Source: Syntrophomonadaceae bacterium
GTDB taxonomy: Bacteria > Bacillota > Ch66 > Ch109
Assembly: GCA_012519455.1 (NCBI GenBank)
Contig: JAAYQE010000140.1
Location: 1-61,741, forward strand
Direction: 5' to 3'
DNA: 61,741 nt
Below the pieces are notes generated by a model that was given only the letters and a program-made list of their open reading frames with translations, did not search any database and was not told where the DNA came from. How positions within the stretch are numbered: the stretch's first letter is position 1; each line of letters begins with the position of its first letter. This document shows positions 8,470-18,703 of this stretch, piece after piece. The translations under genes were made by a program, and so were the position numbers.

Positions 8470-10059
8470 TCAATTTTTGGAAATAGTTATTAACCAAATA
8501 TGATGTATTTCTTGTAATGCCTTACCTTTATACAGGATGATTAGGTAGCAAAGCATACCAACGATAAAAGATAGCATAAGCAGCATTAATGGGTGCTGAT
8601 TAAAACCATAGATTATTGGCCACGTTTGTGAGATAGTTAAGCCCATCGCTAGGGCCGCGAGCAGGGGTACGATAAGATCTCGTTGGAGATTAATGGCTAA
8701 GAATTGTCGTATCAAAGGAAATAAATTCAGCGCTGCACCGGATACATAGCTTAAAAGATAAGCTAAGGCTACGGAACTTAAACTATCGTTTCCCGAAATG
8801 GTTAAGGTATAGATAGCGCCAAGTCGTACCCCAGCTAAGATCAGAGAATTGCCCAATACCCGTCTAGCTTGCCCTAAACCATAGAGTATCCCATTAGTAG
8901 TTTGAATTATATATAAAAATACTCCGCCTATCGTTAAGATGCGTATCGGTTTAACGGCCCCTGAAAGGTTAAAAATAAAACGAGTTATATCATCCGGCCG
9001 GACCCAAAGGATCACCAGCAAAGGTAGACCTGCTAAAACTGTGTAGCGGAGAGAACGAGGAAGGGAGTGCTTTAACCAGATTAAATCCTTTCTAGCCCAA
9101 GCCGCGGAAACTACCGGTAGCAGGTTGGTGCTGATGGCTGAGGTTAGGACATTAGGAATGGAAATTAGGGTTAAAGCTACTCCAGTGAACAAGCCGTATA
9201 GGGCGGTAGCCTCAGGAAGGCTATGCCCCAGGGCTTGCAGACGATGCGGAATAAGGATCGCCTCAAAATTTAACAGGAGAACCGTAGAAATGCGAGTAAA
9301 AGTTACCGGACCGGCGATATCCCAGATGCGACCAGTAAGGTTGGTCAGGGAATCAGGTCCGGTTACTGGGTAAAAGGTTTTTCCCTGGGTGGCGCGAAGA
9401 GGGGTTTTAAGACCTTTTACATAGCAACCGAGTAGGAGCAAAAAACCGGTCGCTTCCCCGATAAGTACACCCGCTGCATAGCCCATAACCGCCCAGGTTA
9501 GCCCTCGGGGAGCTAGCTGGGTTGCCAGATATAAGCCAGTAAAAACTCGGACCATTTGTTCTATCATTTGGGCTATGGCCGGAATCGTCATCTGATGCAT
9601 GCCTTGAAAATACCCTCTAAGGATCGAAGAGATGGCAGCTAAGGGGAGCGCTGGAATCAGGATCAGGAGGCACCAGACCGCACGCGGATCAGCCATAATC
9701 TTACTTCCTAAAAAGGGGAGCAGCAAACCAATTAAAAGGGTAAATAGCAGGCCGGTTGTGGCTAGACGTACAGCGGACCAGCGTACAAGTTGATACGCAG
9801 CCGGTAAGTTTCCGCTGGCTCTTTCCTCAGCTACCATTTTAACTACAGCTACGGGAATACCGGTGGTAGTTAATACCAAAGCTAGTAAATAAATAGGAAT
9901 AGCTAATTGATATAAACCATATCCCTCGGTACCCATAATGCGTAAAGCTAAAACTTGGTTGATTAGGCCGATTAGGCGATTAAATAAATTAGCGGTAGTA
10001 AGTACTAGGGTGCCTTTAAGCAAATAGCGGTCGGACATTATTGGTGCCCCCTTTGCCAA
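8470..10059 (-). CDS. SpoVB-like MOP-superfamily polysaccharide/lipid II flippase
   Basis: GTEGYGLYQLA, LRGYFQG, QMIEQMVRV and QTTNGILYGLG motifs; about 14 TM. Confidence 0.85.
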   Translation of the reverse strand: MAKGAPIMSDRYLLKGTLVLTTANLFNRLIGLINQVLALRIMGTEGYGLYQLAIPIYLLALVLTTTGIPVAVVKMVAEERASGNLPAAYQLVRWSAVRLATTGLLFTLLIGLLLPFLGSKIMADPRAVWCLLILIPALPLAAISSILRGYFQGMHQMTIPAIAQMIEQMVRVFTGLYLATQLAPRGLTWAVMGYAAGVLIGEATGFLLLLGCYVKGLKTPLRATQGKTFYPVTGPDSLTNLTGRIWDIAGPVTFTRISTVLLLNFEAILIPHRLQALGHSLPEATALYGLFTGVALTLISIPNVLTSAISTNLLPVVSAAWARKDLIWLKHSLPRSLRYTVLAGLPLLVILWVRPDDITRFIFNLSGAVKPIRILTIGGVFLYIIQTTNGILYGLGQARRVLGNSLILAGVRLGAIYTLTISGNDSLSSVALAYLLSYVSGAALNLFPLIRQFLAINLQRDLIVPLLAALAMGLTISQTWPIIYGFNQHPLMLLMLSFIVGMLCYLIILYKGKALQEIHHIWLITISKN

Positions 10060-10252
10060 TTATTATGAAAAAGGCGGCGTGGATAGAAGCACCAAAACAG
10101 GGAGAGAGTGTTGGCAAAATTATAGGCTACCCTTGACTTGCACTTTCACTATCTGGTAAAGTATTATAGGATTTTAACCGTTTCTAGAGCTAAAGACTAT
10201 CCGCGAAACGGATGCGATTTGAGTGGATTAGTTAAAAAGGAGGAGATATCTG

Positions 10253-12292
10253 TTGAAAGTATACCCAACCGGCAAGATCCGTAATGTGGCGTTCGTAGGT
10301 CACGTCGGGGCCGGCAAGACTTCTTTAGTAGAAGCAATGCTTTTTAATGCGGGCCATACTACCCGTTTAGGCAAAGTAGATGATGGAACTACCGTAACGG
10401 ATTTTCACCCCGAAGAAACTAAACGTAAAATAACGATTAACGCTACCCTGGCTCCTGTGGAATGGAAAGACCACAAGATTAATGTTGTTGATGCCCCCGG
10501 GTTTGTTGATTTTTATGGAGAAGTGAAGGGGGCTTTACGGGCTGTAGATAGTATCGTACTTGTACTGGATGGAGTTGGTGGGGTAGAAGTTCAAACGGAG
10601 ATCGTTTGGGATGATGCAGAAAAAAGAGGTCTTCCGCGGATAGCATTTATTAATAAAATGGATAGAGAAAACGCCAACTTTTTCCAAGTAGTGGATCAGA
10701 TGAAAGAGGCTTTTGAAAGCAACCTTGTACCGATTCAACTGCCCATTGGGAGTGAAGCTAGTTTTACCGGGGTAGTTGATCTTCTAAAAATGAAAGCTTA
10801 TGAATGGGAAGCCGGTAAATTTAAAGAAATGGATATTCCGGCTGAGTTTACCGAGGAGGCAGCTGCTTATCGTGAACAAATAACAGAAGCTGCGGCCGAG
10901 GCTGATGATGATTTGCTTAATAAATATTTAGAAGGCGAGGAACTGTCCCCGGAAGAGATTTATATGGGTTTTAGAACAGCCGTACGTAAAGGACTGGTCG
11001 TACCCGTACTTTGTGGTTCAGCGACGAAAAATGTAGGTATCCAGCTACTACTTGATCTGATTGTGGAAGGGCTGCCCTCTCCGGAGGAAACGCCGGAGGC
11101 AGAAGGCAAAAATTTAGCAAATGAACCAATGACCGCTATAGTTTTTAAGACTGTAGCCGATCCCTATGTAGGTAAACTGAATTTTTTCCGGGTATTTACC
11201 GGATCAATTAAAGCCGATAGTTTTGTATATAATGCTAATAAAGAAAAGGAAGAAAAAATTAGCCAGATCTTAATCATGCGCGGTAAGAATCAAGATAATG
11301 TACCGGAGCTTAATGCGGGTGATATGGGGGCAGTGGCTAAATTAACGGAAACGACCACCGGAGATACTTTTTGTCAAAAAGCTAATCCCGTTATTCTGGA
11401 AGGCGTTGAATCCCCAGAACCTAAATTATCGGTAGCTGTGGAACCTAAAAGTAAAGGTGATGAAGACAAGCTAGGGACCGCTATCTCACGTTTAATTGAA
11501 GAAGACCCCACTATTCGGTTTTATAAGGATACCGAAACCAAGCAAACGTTACTTACAGGTATGGGTGAAACCCATTTGGATATCGTTTTAGAACGCTTGC
11601 AGCGAAAATTTGGGGTAGAAGTTAATACTAAAGAACCTAAAGTTCCTTATCGGGAAACGATTAAGGGGACCGTTAAAGTTGAAGGAAAACACAAGAAACA
11701 AACGGGGGGCCACGGTCAATACGGGCACGTTTGGCTGGAAATTGGTCCTTGTCACGAATCAGAATTAGAATTTAAGGAATCTCTCTTTGGGGGCTCAGTA
11801 CCTAAACAGTACGTTCCGGCGGTAGAAAAAGGAATTAGGGAAGGTATTCAGGAAGGAGTATTGGCTGGCTTTCCGGTTACAGGGATTAAGGTTAATCTTT
11901 ATGATGGATCTTATCACACCGTAGATTCTAATGAGCTTTCCTTTAAACTTGCCGCTATTCTTGCCTTACGAAAAGGTTTAGAACAAGCTAAACCGGTACT
12001 GCTAGAACCGATAGCTCAAGTAGAAGTTACGGTTCCGGAGCAATTCATGGGGGATATTATTGGCGATTTAAATACGAAACGGGGACGTATTTTAGGCATG
12101 GAGCCGGAGGGTAAAAATCAAGTGATTAAAGCCCAAGTGCCAGCTTCTGAAATGCAGCGTTATGCTATTGATTTAAAATCGATTACCCAGGGACGGGGTT
12201 CGTATACTATGGAGATAATCGGTTACGAAGAAGTTCCCGCTAATTCGGCTGAAAAGATTATTGCCGCCCGAAAAGCGGAAAAGGAAGCTTAA
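10253..12292 (+). CDS. Elongation factor G paralogue (EF-G2 type)
   Basis: GHVGAGKT, DAPGFVDF, NKMD, KQTGGHGQYGH; five-domain EF-G length; not in an str operon. Confidence 0.92.
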   Translation: MKVYPTGKIRNVAFVGHVGAGKTSLVEAMLFNAGHTTRLGKVDDGTTVTDFHPEETKRKITINATLAPVEWKDHKINVVDAPGFVDFYGEVKGALRAVDSIVLVLDGVGGVEVQTEIVWDDAEKRGLPRIAFINKMDRENANFFQVVDQMKEAFESNLVPIQLPIGSEASFTGVVDLLKMKAYEWEAGKFKEMDIPAEFTEEAAAYREQITEAAAEADDDLLNKYLEGEELSPEEIYMGFRTAVRKGLVVPVLCGSATKNVGIQLLLDLIVEGLPSPEETPEAEGKNLANEPMTAIVFKTVADPYVGKLNFFRVFTGSIKADSFVYNANKEKEEKISQILIMRGKNQDNVPELNAGDMGAVAKLTETTTGDTFCQKANPVILEGVESPEPKLSVAVEPKSKGDEDKLGTAISRLIEEDPTIRFYKDTETKQTLLTGMGETHLDIVLERLQRKFGVEVNTKEPKVPYRETIKGTVKVEGKHKKQTGGHGQYGHVWLEIGPCHESELEFKESLFGGSVPKQYVPAVEKGIREGIQEGVLAGFPVTGIKVNLYDGSYHTVDSNELSFKLAAILALRKGLEQAKPVLLEPIAQVEVTVPEQFMGDIIGDLNTKRGRILGMEPEGKNQVIKAQVPASEMQRYAIDLKSITQGRGSYTMEIIGYEEVPANSAEKIIAARKAEKEA

Positions 12293-12327
12293 AATTAGGG
12301 GTAACGGATTAAATTAAAAGGTAAACT

Positions 12328-12360
12328 AAAAGGAGTCCTTATTCAAGGGACTCCTTTTTT
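12328..12360 (+). terminator. Intrinsic terminator
   Basis: AAAGGAGTCCTT / AAGGGACTCCTTT stem plus T-run. Confidence 0.85.
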
Positions 12361-12580
12361 AGTAGGATCGAAACGACAGACAGCATAAGTATCTACGACT
12401 TGGGAGAAACTTGTTTCTTCAGGTGTTATTTCGATCTTATTATGATTATGTCCTACTTCCCCCCGGCTTATTCTTTAGGCTTAGGATTATTTCCGCAGCT
12501 CTTTCTCTCGGTTAGGTAACTTTCTATAGCCTAATTAATATTATTGATAATAAGCAGGAATAAACTAAGGGGGAAAGGGT

Positions 12581-13408
12581 ATGGTCTACGCCAGTCGTTT
12601 CTTACGAGTTACATCACCTTTTATGAGTGGACCTGATGTAAGTCAGGTTCAGCAACAACTTCGTGAACTGGGAATTTACCAGGGAGAGGTGGACGGAGTA
12701 TATACCCCGGCCGTAGAAGTTGCGGTTCGGGAGTTCCAACAACGCAATGGCTTAGACGTGGACGGGATTGTAGGGCCTAATACTTATCAAGCTCTTTTTC
12801 CAGGCTATAAGGGTAGTTGGGGGCCTCTACAACTTACGGTAGATGTAGACAACCGAACGTTACAGGTAAGAAGAGAGAACAAAGTCATAAAGACTTATCC
12901 GGTAGCGGTAGGAAAACCGGAAACTCCTACTCCGCTAGGAGATTGGAGTATCGTAGAAAAAACCGTTAATCCAGGGGGACCTTTTGGGGCTAGATGGATG
13001 CGACTTAGTGTTCCGTGGGGTGGCTATGGTATCCATGGCACTAACAATCCCAATTCAATAGGTAAAGCGGCTAGCCACGGATGTGTTCGGATGTTTAATG
13101 AAGATGTTATTGAATTATACGATATGGTAACCATTGGTACCCCGGTGAAAATTACCGGGACCGCATATACCGGCCGTATCCTTAAGCTTGGTGCCGAAGG
13201 AAATGACGTTGGTGATATCCAACAAAAATTAAAGGTATTGGGTTATTATACCGGCGATGTTGATGGTGTGTATGGCACGTTAACCGAGCAGGCGGTTTCG
13301 GCTTTTCAAAAGGACCAGGGATTAGACCCAGACGGAATTGTTGGAGTCTTAACGTATAACGCTTTACAAAAAATATGGGATATTATTCAAGGGGATATTC
13401 AACCTTAA
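12581..13408 (+). CDS. L,D-transpeptidase (YkuD) flanked by two peptidoglycan-binding domains
   Basis: YGIHGTN...ASHGCVRM catalytic motif; two 'Q..L..LG..G.VDG.YG..T..AV..FQ...GL..DGIVG' repeats. Confidence 0.92.
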   Translation: MVYASRFLRVTSPFMSGPDVSQVQQQLRELGIYQGEVDGVYTPAVEVAVREFQQRNGLDVDGIVGPNTYQALFPGYKGSWGPLQLTVDVDNRTLQVRRENKVIKTYPVAVGKPETPTPLGDWSIVEKTVNPGGPFGARWMRLSVPWGGYGIHGTNNPNSIGKAASHGCVRMFNEDVIELYDMVTIGTPVKITGTAYTGRILKLGAEGNDVGDIQQKLKVLGYYTGDVDGVYGTLTEQAVSAFQKDQGLDPDGIVGVLTYNALQKIWDIIQGDIQP

Positions 13409-13441
13409 AATAAGGAAGGGATCACTTTGCTAGAAGTGATC

Positions 13442-13630
13442 CTATACTTCTTTTATGGCTTCGGTGGGACAGCTTTCGACTGCTTCTTGACAGGTTGATT
13501 CAACCTCCGTAGGGACTTCTTTAACCATAACGTGAGCCTTACCTTCATCATCCCAATCAAATACCTCAGGACAAGTATCAATACAGGCACCACACTCAAT
13601 ACAAAGATCGGGATCTACCAAGACTTGCAA
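13442..13630 (-). CDS. Single-cluster ferredoxin
   Basis: CIECGACIDTCP...ESCPTEAI, 62 aa, AGGAGG RBS. Confidence 0.92.
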   Translation of the reverse strand: MQVLVDPDLCIECGACIDTCPEVFDWDDEGKAHVMVKEVPTEVESTCQEAVESCPTEAIKEV

Positions 13631-13857
13631 TACTTTTTACCTCCTTTACTAGATGAAAAACTATTAAATTAAGTTTACTCATTTTTTTACAAACTATGTA
13701 GGTATACGGATAAAATCTAAATATTGAATATATTAAGTAAACCCTTGGTAATAAAGTAACATTATGTTAAAATGAATACGTTAATCAGGATACCTTGCAA
13801 AAAACGTAATTTATTTTTAAGGGAGGGGTAAAGGCCTGACTTCAGTTAGGTAAAACC

Positions 13858-14319
13858 ATGCGCCTTACAACGAAAGGAAAATATGGCCTACGGGCTATGG
13901 TAGATCTCGCCCAGCATCATGGCAAAGGACCAATTTCCCTGAAGAGTATTGCGGAACGACAGGACATTTCTGAAGCATATTTGGAACAGCTTTTTGCAAC
14001 GCTTCGACGTGCCCATTTAATACAGAGTGTTCGGGGCGCTACTGGTGGATATATACTGGCTCAGGATCCCTGGGATATCACCGTAGGAGATATAATACGG
14101 GTCCTAGATGGACCCGTTGTTCCCGTTAATTGTTTAGAAGAATATAGTACCGAACTCTGTCCTCGTATTTCTCATTGCCCGTCAAGACAGGTCTGGTTAC
14201 TGCTTCAAGAAGTAATAAATACCACTTTAGATAAATTTAATTTGGGAAAATTATCTCAATCATTCAGCGATTCCGAATTCACGGCTTGTATCTTAAGCGT
14301 CACTGATGATAAAGAATAA
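13858..14319 (+). CDS. Rrf2-family regulator (IscR/CymR-like, 3 Cys)
   Basis: MRLTTKGKYGLRAM, YLEQLFATLR, SVRGATGGY; C-x8-C-x5-C. Confidence 0.9.
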   Translation: MRLTTKGKYGLRAMVDLAQHHGKGPISLKSIAERQDISEAYLEQLFATLRRAHLIQSVRGATGGYILAQDPWDITVGDIIRVLDGPVVPVNCLEEYSTELCPRISHCPSRQVWLLLQEVINTTLDKFNLGKLSQSFSDSEFTACILSVTDDKE

Positions 14320-14336
14320 AGCTTAGTGAAAAGAAC

Positions 14337-14585
14337 TTAATGAATGTGTTTTTTGCCCAGGCGGAAGACTAATTCTGCCATCATTCTTTTTTCCTCATCG
14401 GTAGATATTTTCCAAATTTCCGTCATTAAGGCTTCTTCTGGGGTATCTGGTTTAACGAATCTACTCATTAAATTACCTAGGCTAACCATGCCTTTAATCA
14501 TTTGTTCATCCGTAACTCCATGTTTAAGCCCATCTTTTATATTTTCTGCAAGCTCTTGCGGGAATTGGATATTATTTTCGACCAT
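14337..14585 (-). CDS. DUF3243/YmfJ-like protein
   Basis: GNLMSRFVKPDTPEEALMTEIWKISTDEEK motif. Confidence 0.75.
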   Translation of the reverse strand: MVENNIQFPQELAENIKDGLKHGVTDEQMIKGMVSLGNLMSRFVKPDTPEEALMTEIWKISTDEEKRMMAELVFRLGKKHIH

Positions 14586-14717
14586 TATGCGCTGCTCCTT
14601 TCTGCAGGATAGGTATAAGGATCATTATGTATATAAAGTATGCCCTAAAAAAAAATCATCTATTACGTAATAGATGATTTTTAAAATTTTCAACTAAACC
14701 TGATGGTCATAAAAGAT

Positions 14718-15605
14718 CTAGGGTTGACCAAATTGAATCGGCTCCGTAGTTGACGTAATCGGGGCAAAAGTAAATCCCATCTCCTGTAGACCTTCGATAA
14801 TGGCCGGTAGCGCTTCCGCAGTATTGTGCATGTTAGGTGAATCATGAAGTAATACCATTATGCGATCCTTTCCCTGAGCTTGTTTTAAAACATTATCGAT
14901 TAAAGTCTGGGTTGGTTTGGGTTTTCCAACGGAGTCTCCGGGGCAAACGTTCCAGTCATAATACTGATAACCGGCGGTAGTTAGTTGTTCAATGAATTCA
15001 GGACTTAAAAACGGTCTGGAACCTCCGGGGGCCCGGAATATTGTCGGTCGGAAACCAATCGTTGCTTCTAAGATTTCGGCACATTGATTAATTTCAGACA
15101 TCAAGTTCTCGGCTGATTTATAGATCGTTCGGTAGTGGTGCGAATAACTGTGATTTCCGATAGTATGACCTTCACTAACGGCCCGTTGCACGATTTCTGG
15201 TTTTTTTTCTACCTTACTGCCTAATACAAAGAAAGTTAATTTAATCTGGTATGCTTTAGCGGTATCCAGGATTTTTAAAGTAACTGCTTCGGATGGGCCA
15301 TCGTCAAAGGTTAGATAAGCAATTTTATGGGCCGTACTTACATCCTCATTAGCTGGTTCGTAGGCTAGCGCTTGGTCGGTAAATAAAGTAGGGGTAGTAT
15401 TTACATTTAATGTAGCATCAGTACTTAATAAGGATAGATTATCGTTACTGGGGGCAAGTAAGTCGTTGGTCGGGGTTAAATTATCTGGATATTGAACATG
15501 GGAGGCGATAAAATTATTAATCATACCGGTATCTACCAGGCCAATGGCTAATAAAAGAAGTCCCGCTAAAATTCCGGTTAGAAAAAAACGAAGCAAGTTA
15601 GGCAT
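14718..15605 (-). CDS. Polysaccharide deacetylase (CE4) with N-terminal anchor
   Basis: YLTFDDGPS, GNHSYSH, FRAPGG and VLLHD motifs. Confidence 0.92.
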   Translation of the reverse strand: MPNLLRFFLTGILAGLLLLAIGLVDTGMINNFIASHVQYPDNLTPTNDLLAPSNDNLSLLSTDATLNVNTTPTLFTDQALAYEPANEDVSTAHKIAYLTFDDGPSEAVTLKILDTAKAYQIKLTFFVLGSKVEKKPEIVQRAVSEGHTIGNHSYSHHYRTIYKSAENLMSEINQCAEILEATIGFRPTIFRAPGGSRPFLSPEFIEQLTTAGYQYYDWNVCPGDSVGKPKPTQTLIDNVLKQAQGKDRIMVLLHDSPNMHNTAEALPAIIEGLQEMGFTFAPITSTTEPIQFGQP

Positions 15606-15937
15606 ATATTTTTACCCCCCCGAAAGGATATTCTAGCAACAAACGTTTAAATTAAGATGAACAAAATTCTTATGCTTGTTTCGACAGAGGAAGATTAAAA
15701 CCTGCAAACTACTTCCTCAAATTTACAAGTTGTCGGCTTGTCAGTAGTTAGTGAGCTAAAAGAATCAGGCCAGCCGGTAATATTCGTAAAAAAGGTCCGC
15801 AAATAATGGAACAAAAGTAAGATTTTAATTTTTTTTACGAAACTATGAAGGAAATAACGAATAAATAGCGAAATAAAGCTGATTAATTTGAAAAAATGGT
15901 ATCCTCTATAATATAAACGTTAAGGAGATGGAATAAG

Positions 15938-17005
15938 ATGTTGGATATCAAAATGGAAAAAACAAACCATCCGAAACCAAAACCCGATCAGGACCAGCTC
16001 GGCTTTGGTCTCTATTTCACTGATCACATGTTTATCATGGATTATATTGAAGGCCAGGGATGGCATGATCCGAGAATCGTACCTTATGCTCCCTTAATAC
16101 TCGACCCCTCTACTATGGTTTTCCATTATGGGCAGGCAATCTTTGAAGGTTTAAAAGCGTATAAAACTAAACATGGTCGCATTTTATTGTTTAGACCGCA
16201 AAAAAACATGGAAAGAATTAACCTTTCTAATGATCGTATCTGTATTCCTCCGATAGACACCGGGTTAGCGGTGGAAGCGATTAAAGCGATTGTTGAGGTG
16301 GATAAAGATTGGATTCCGGAGGCTGAAGGTACTTCCTTATATATAAGGCCATTTATTATTGCAACCGATCCCTTCCTGGGAGTAAGGCCTTCCTATACCT
16401 ATAAGTTTATCATTATTCTCTCGCCCGTGGGTGCCTATTATCCTGAAGGGATTGATCCGGTTAAAATATTTGTAGAAAATAAGTATGTTCGCGCCGTAAA
16501 GGGAGGAACGGGATTTGCAAAAACGCCCGGTAATTACGCCGCCAGCTTGAAAGCTCAAGTAGAAGCTAAAGAGAAGGGTTATACCCAAGTTCTATGGTTA
16601 GATGGGGTAGAACGAAAATATATAGAAGAAGTAGGGACCATGAATGTTTTCTTTAAGATCAACGGAAAGGTAATAACCCCCATGCTTGAAGGAAGTATCT
16701 TGCCGGGCATTACCCGAGACTCCACTATTAGTTTATTAAAGGATTGGGGAGTAGAAGTTATCGAAAGGAAAATTTCTATTCAGGAGTTGTATGAAGCACA
16801 CGCTCAAGGACGCTTAGAGGAGGCCTTTGGGACTGGAACCGCAGCAGTGATTTCACCCATAGGCGAATTAAACTGGGAAGGTAATAAGATTGTGATAAAC
16901 GAAGGAAAAACTGGCGATTTATCCGCTAAAATTTATAACACCATAACCGGTATACAAAAAGGGGATATCGAGGATAAGTATGGATGGACCGTGGAAGTAA
17001 ATTGA
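15938..17005 (+). CDS. ilvE: Branched-chain amino acid aminotransferase
   Basis: HYGQAIFEGLKAY, LYIRPF, KTPGNYA, EEVGTMN and LPGITR motifs. Confidence 0.96.
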   Translation: MLDIKMEKTNHPKPKPDQDQLGFGLYFTDHMFIMDYIEGQGWHDPRIVPYAPLILDPSTMVFHYGQAIFEGLKAYKTKHGRILLFRPQKNMERINLSNDRICIPPIDTGLAVEAIKAIVEVDKDWIPEAEGTSLYIRPFIIATDPFLGVRPSYTYKFIIILSPVGAYYPEGIDPVKIFVENKYVRAVKGGTGFAKTPGNYAASLKAQVEAKEKGYTQVLWLDGVERKYIEEVGTMNVFFKINGKVITPMLEGSILPGITRDSTISLLKDWGVEVIERKISIQELYEAHAQGRLEEAFGTGTAAVISPIGELNWEGNKIVINEGKTGDLSAKIYNTITGIQKGDIEDKYGWTVEVN

Positions 17006-17204
17006 TTAAAGATCGGGATAACCCTAGATTTATACTCCCACGTTATGGAGGGACTAGGGATATAAGCAGCGGAAAAAAATGAACGAAATACTGACTGTGA
17101 AGAATAAAGTAAAAACATTTTTTCAAAATTTCCTCAAAAACCGCTTATTAGAACAGTAATGGCAAGAGCTTCTAGACTTGAAAGCCTTGCCATACTTAAT
17201 TTTC

Positions 17205-17280
17205 TGGCAGGGGCGGCAGGAATCGAACCCGCAACCAATGGATTTGGAGTCCACTACTCTACCAATTGAGCTACACCCCT
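17205..17280 (-). tRNA. tRNA-Trp (CCA)
   Basis: 76-nt cloverleaf AGGGGTGTAGCTCAATTGGTAGAG...GTGGA-CTCCAAA-TCCAT...GGTTCGATTCC...GCCA with encoded CCA end. Confidence 0.96.
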
Positions 17281-17567
17281 GCGAAAAACAATATTTAAAT
17301 ATCTTACGGATGTTATTTTATCAGGACCACTGCATAAATGCAAGGGAAATCATATAGAATCAAAAGATGATACCGAAAAAGTATTGCATATGGGGAAAGA
17401 AATAAGGTAGTTTATATAAAGCAAAATTGATTAGCCAAGGGAATAGTATTGTTATAACGAAAGTTAAAAGTAAAAGTAAAGAGTAAGGATTTAGAAAGGA
17501 GGCAGATGGCGCAGGCTTAACCCCTGAAGTTTGAGCGGGGGGGAAGTTTATTTGCGCCATCAAAATT

Positions 17568-18503
17568 ATGAAAAAAGTAGCCGTACTATTAGGAGGTTCT
17601 TCCTCTGAAAGAGAGGTTTCTCTGCGTAGTGGGGAAGCTGTTTATCAGGCTCTGTTAAAGATCGGGTACCCGGCCGTTAAAATTGATGCTGGCGCCCACC
17701 TGGTCGAACAACTCTTGCAAGAACGGCCCCAGGTTGCCTTTATCGCTTTACATGGTAAACTAGGAGAGGATGGGACCCTACAAGGATTGCTGGATATATT
17801 GCAGATTCCCTATACTGGGCCTGGAGTTTTAGCCAGTGCCATTGGAATGAACAAACTGATTACCAAAAAGATTTTACTGGCCGAAGGGATACCCACACCC
17901 CCTTTTGAATCGGTGCATAAAGAAGAGATTAAGACTAAAGGAATCGTTTCGATAATAACTAAAGTTAAAGAAAAACTTGCTTTACCCCTGGTGGTAAAGG
18001 CAATCACTCAAGGTTCTACGATCGGGATTTTTTTTGTTCACCGGGAAGAAGATTTGGTCGAAGCGATAAATGGTGCTTTGAATTATGATGATGAAATTTT
18101 AATCGAAAAGATGATTCAGGGTACGGAGTTGACGGCTTCTATCCTGGGGGATAATCCGGCCCAGGTGTTGCCCTTAATTGAAATAACCTCAACCACCGGG
18201 GTATACGATTATCAATCTAAATACACGCCGGGAATGAGCAGCCACTTAATTCCGCCGCGTCTGCCGCAGACTACTCAAGCCAAAGTAAGGGAAGCTTGTT
18301 TAAGGACTTATCAAGCGATTGGTTGTCGGGGTTATGCTCGGGTTGATTGTATGGTCGATAATGAGGGGAATCCCTATATATTAGAGGTTAATACCGCGCC
18401 AGGCATGACCGATACCAGTTTATTCCCGGATGCTGCCAAGGCTGCCGGTTTAGAATTTCCGGAACTAATTCGTCAACTAGTAGAAAGGGCCCGGTGTGAC
18501 TAA
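17568..18503 (+). CDS. ddl: D-alanine--D-alanine ligase
   Basis: GGSSSEREVS, LHGKLGEDG, YDYQSKY, GYARVD and EVNTAPG motifs. Confidence 0.96.
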   Translation: MKKVAVLLGGSSSEREVSLRSGEAVYQALLKIGYPAVKIDAGAHLVEQLLQERPQVAFIALHGKLGEDGTLQGLLDILQIPYTGPGVLASAIGMNKLITKKILLAEGIPTPPFESVHKEEIKTKGIVSIITKVKEKLALPLVVKAITQGSTIGIFFVHREEDLVEAINGALNYDDEILIEKMIQGTELTASILGDNPAQVLPLIEITSTTGVYDYQSKYTPGMSSHLIPPRLPQTTQAKVREACLRTYQAIGCRGYARVDCMVDNEGNPYILEVNTAPGMTDTSLFPDAAKAAGLEFPELIRQLVERARCD

Positions 18504-18703
18504 GCACTAGGTATAACGGCAAAAGGCCGTTGATTGGGTGAAAACATAGGGTTACGATCAGAAAGTGATGCTGGAAATCTCGATTTGTGCAGGATTTAGA
18601 GGAAAGATCGCGAATTTTCTAATATAAAGGAGTAAATTGTAGTTGATGAATCGAATCTTAATGATAATTACCCGTTAATATATCGCGGAAGGAGCAGCAC
18701 TGC

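Noticed and set aside
15606-15937. T-box leader upstream of ilvE
   Set aside because: No GGTGGNACCRCG T-box motif or terminator/antiterminator pair was found.
17159-17204. att-site remnant at the tRNA-Trp 3' end
   Set aside because: Only an ATGGCAAG/CTTGCCAT hairpin is present. There is no duplicated tRNA end or integrase in the window, so it is most likely a terminator or processing stem.
17360-17563. 67-aa minus-strand membrane ORF
   Set aside because: It is antisense to the A-rich ddl promoter and leader, its hydrophobicity follows from base skew, and it has no RBS.
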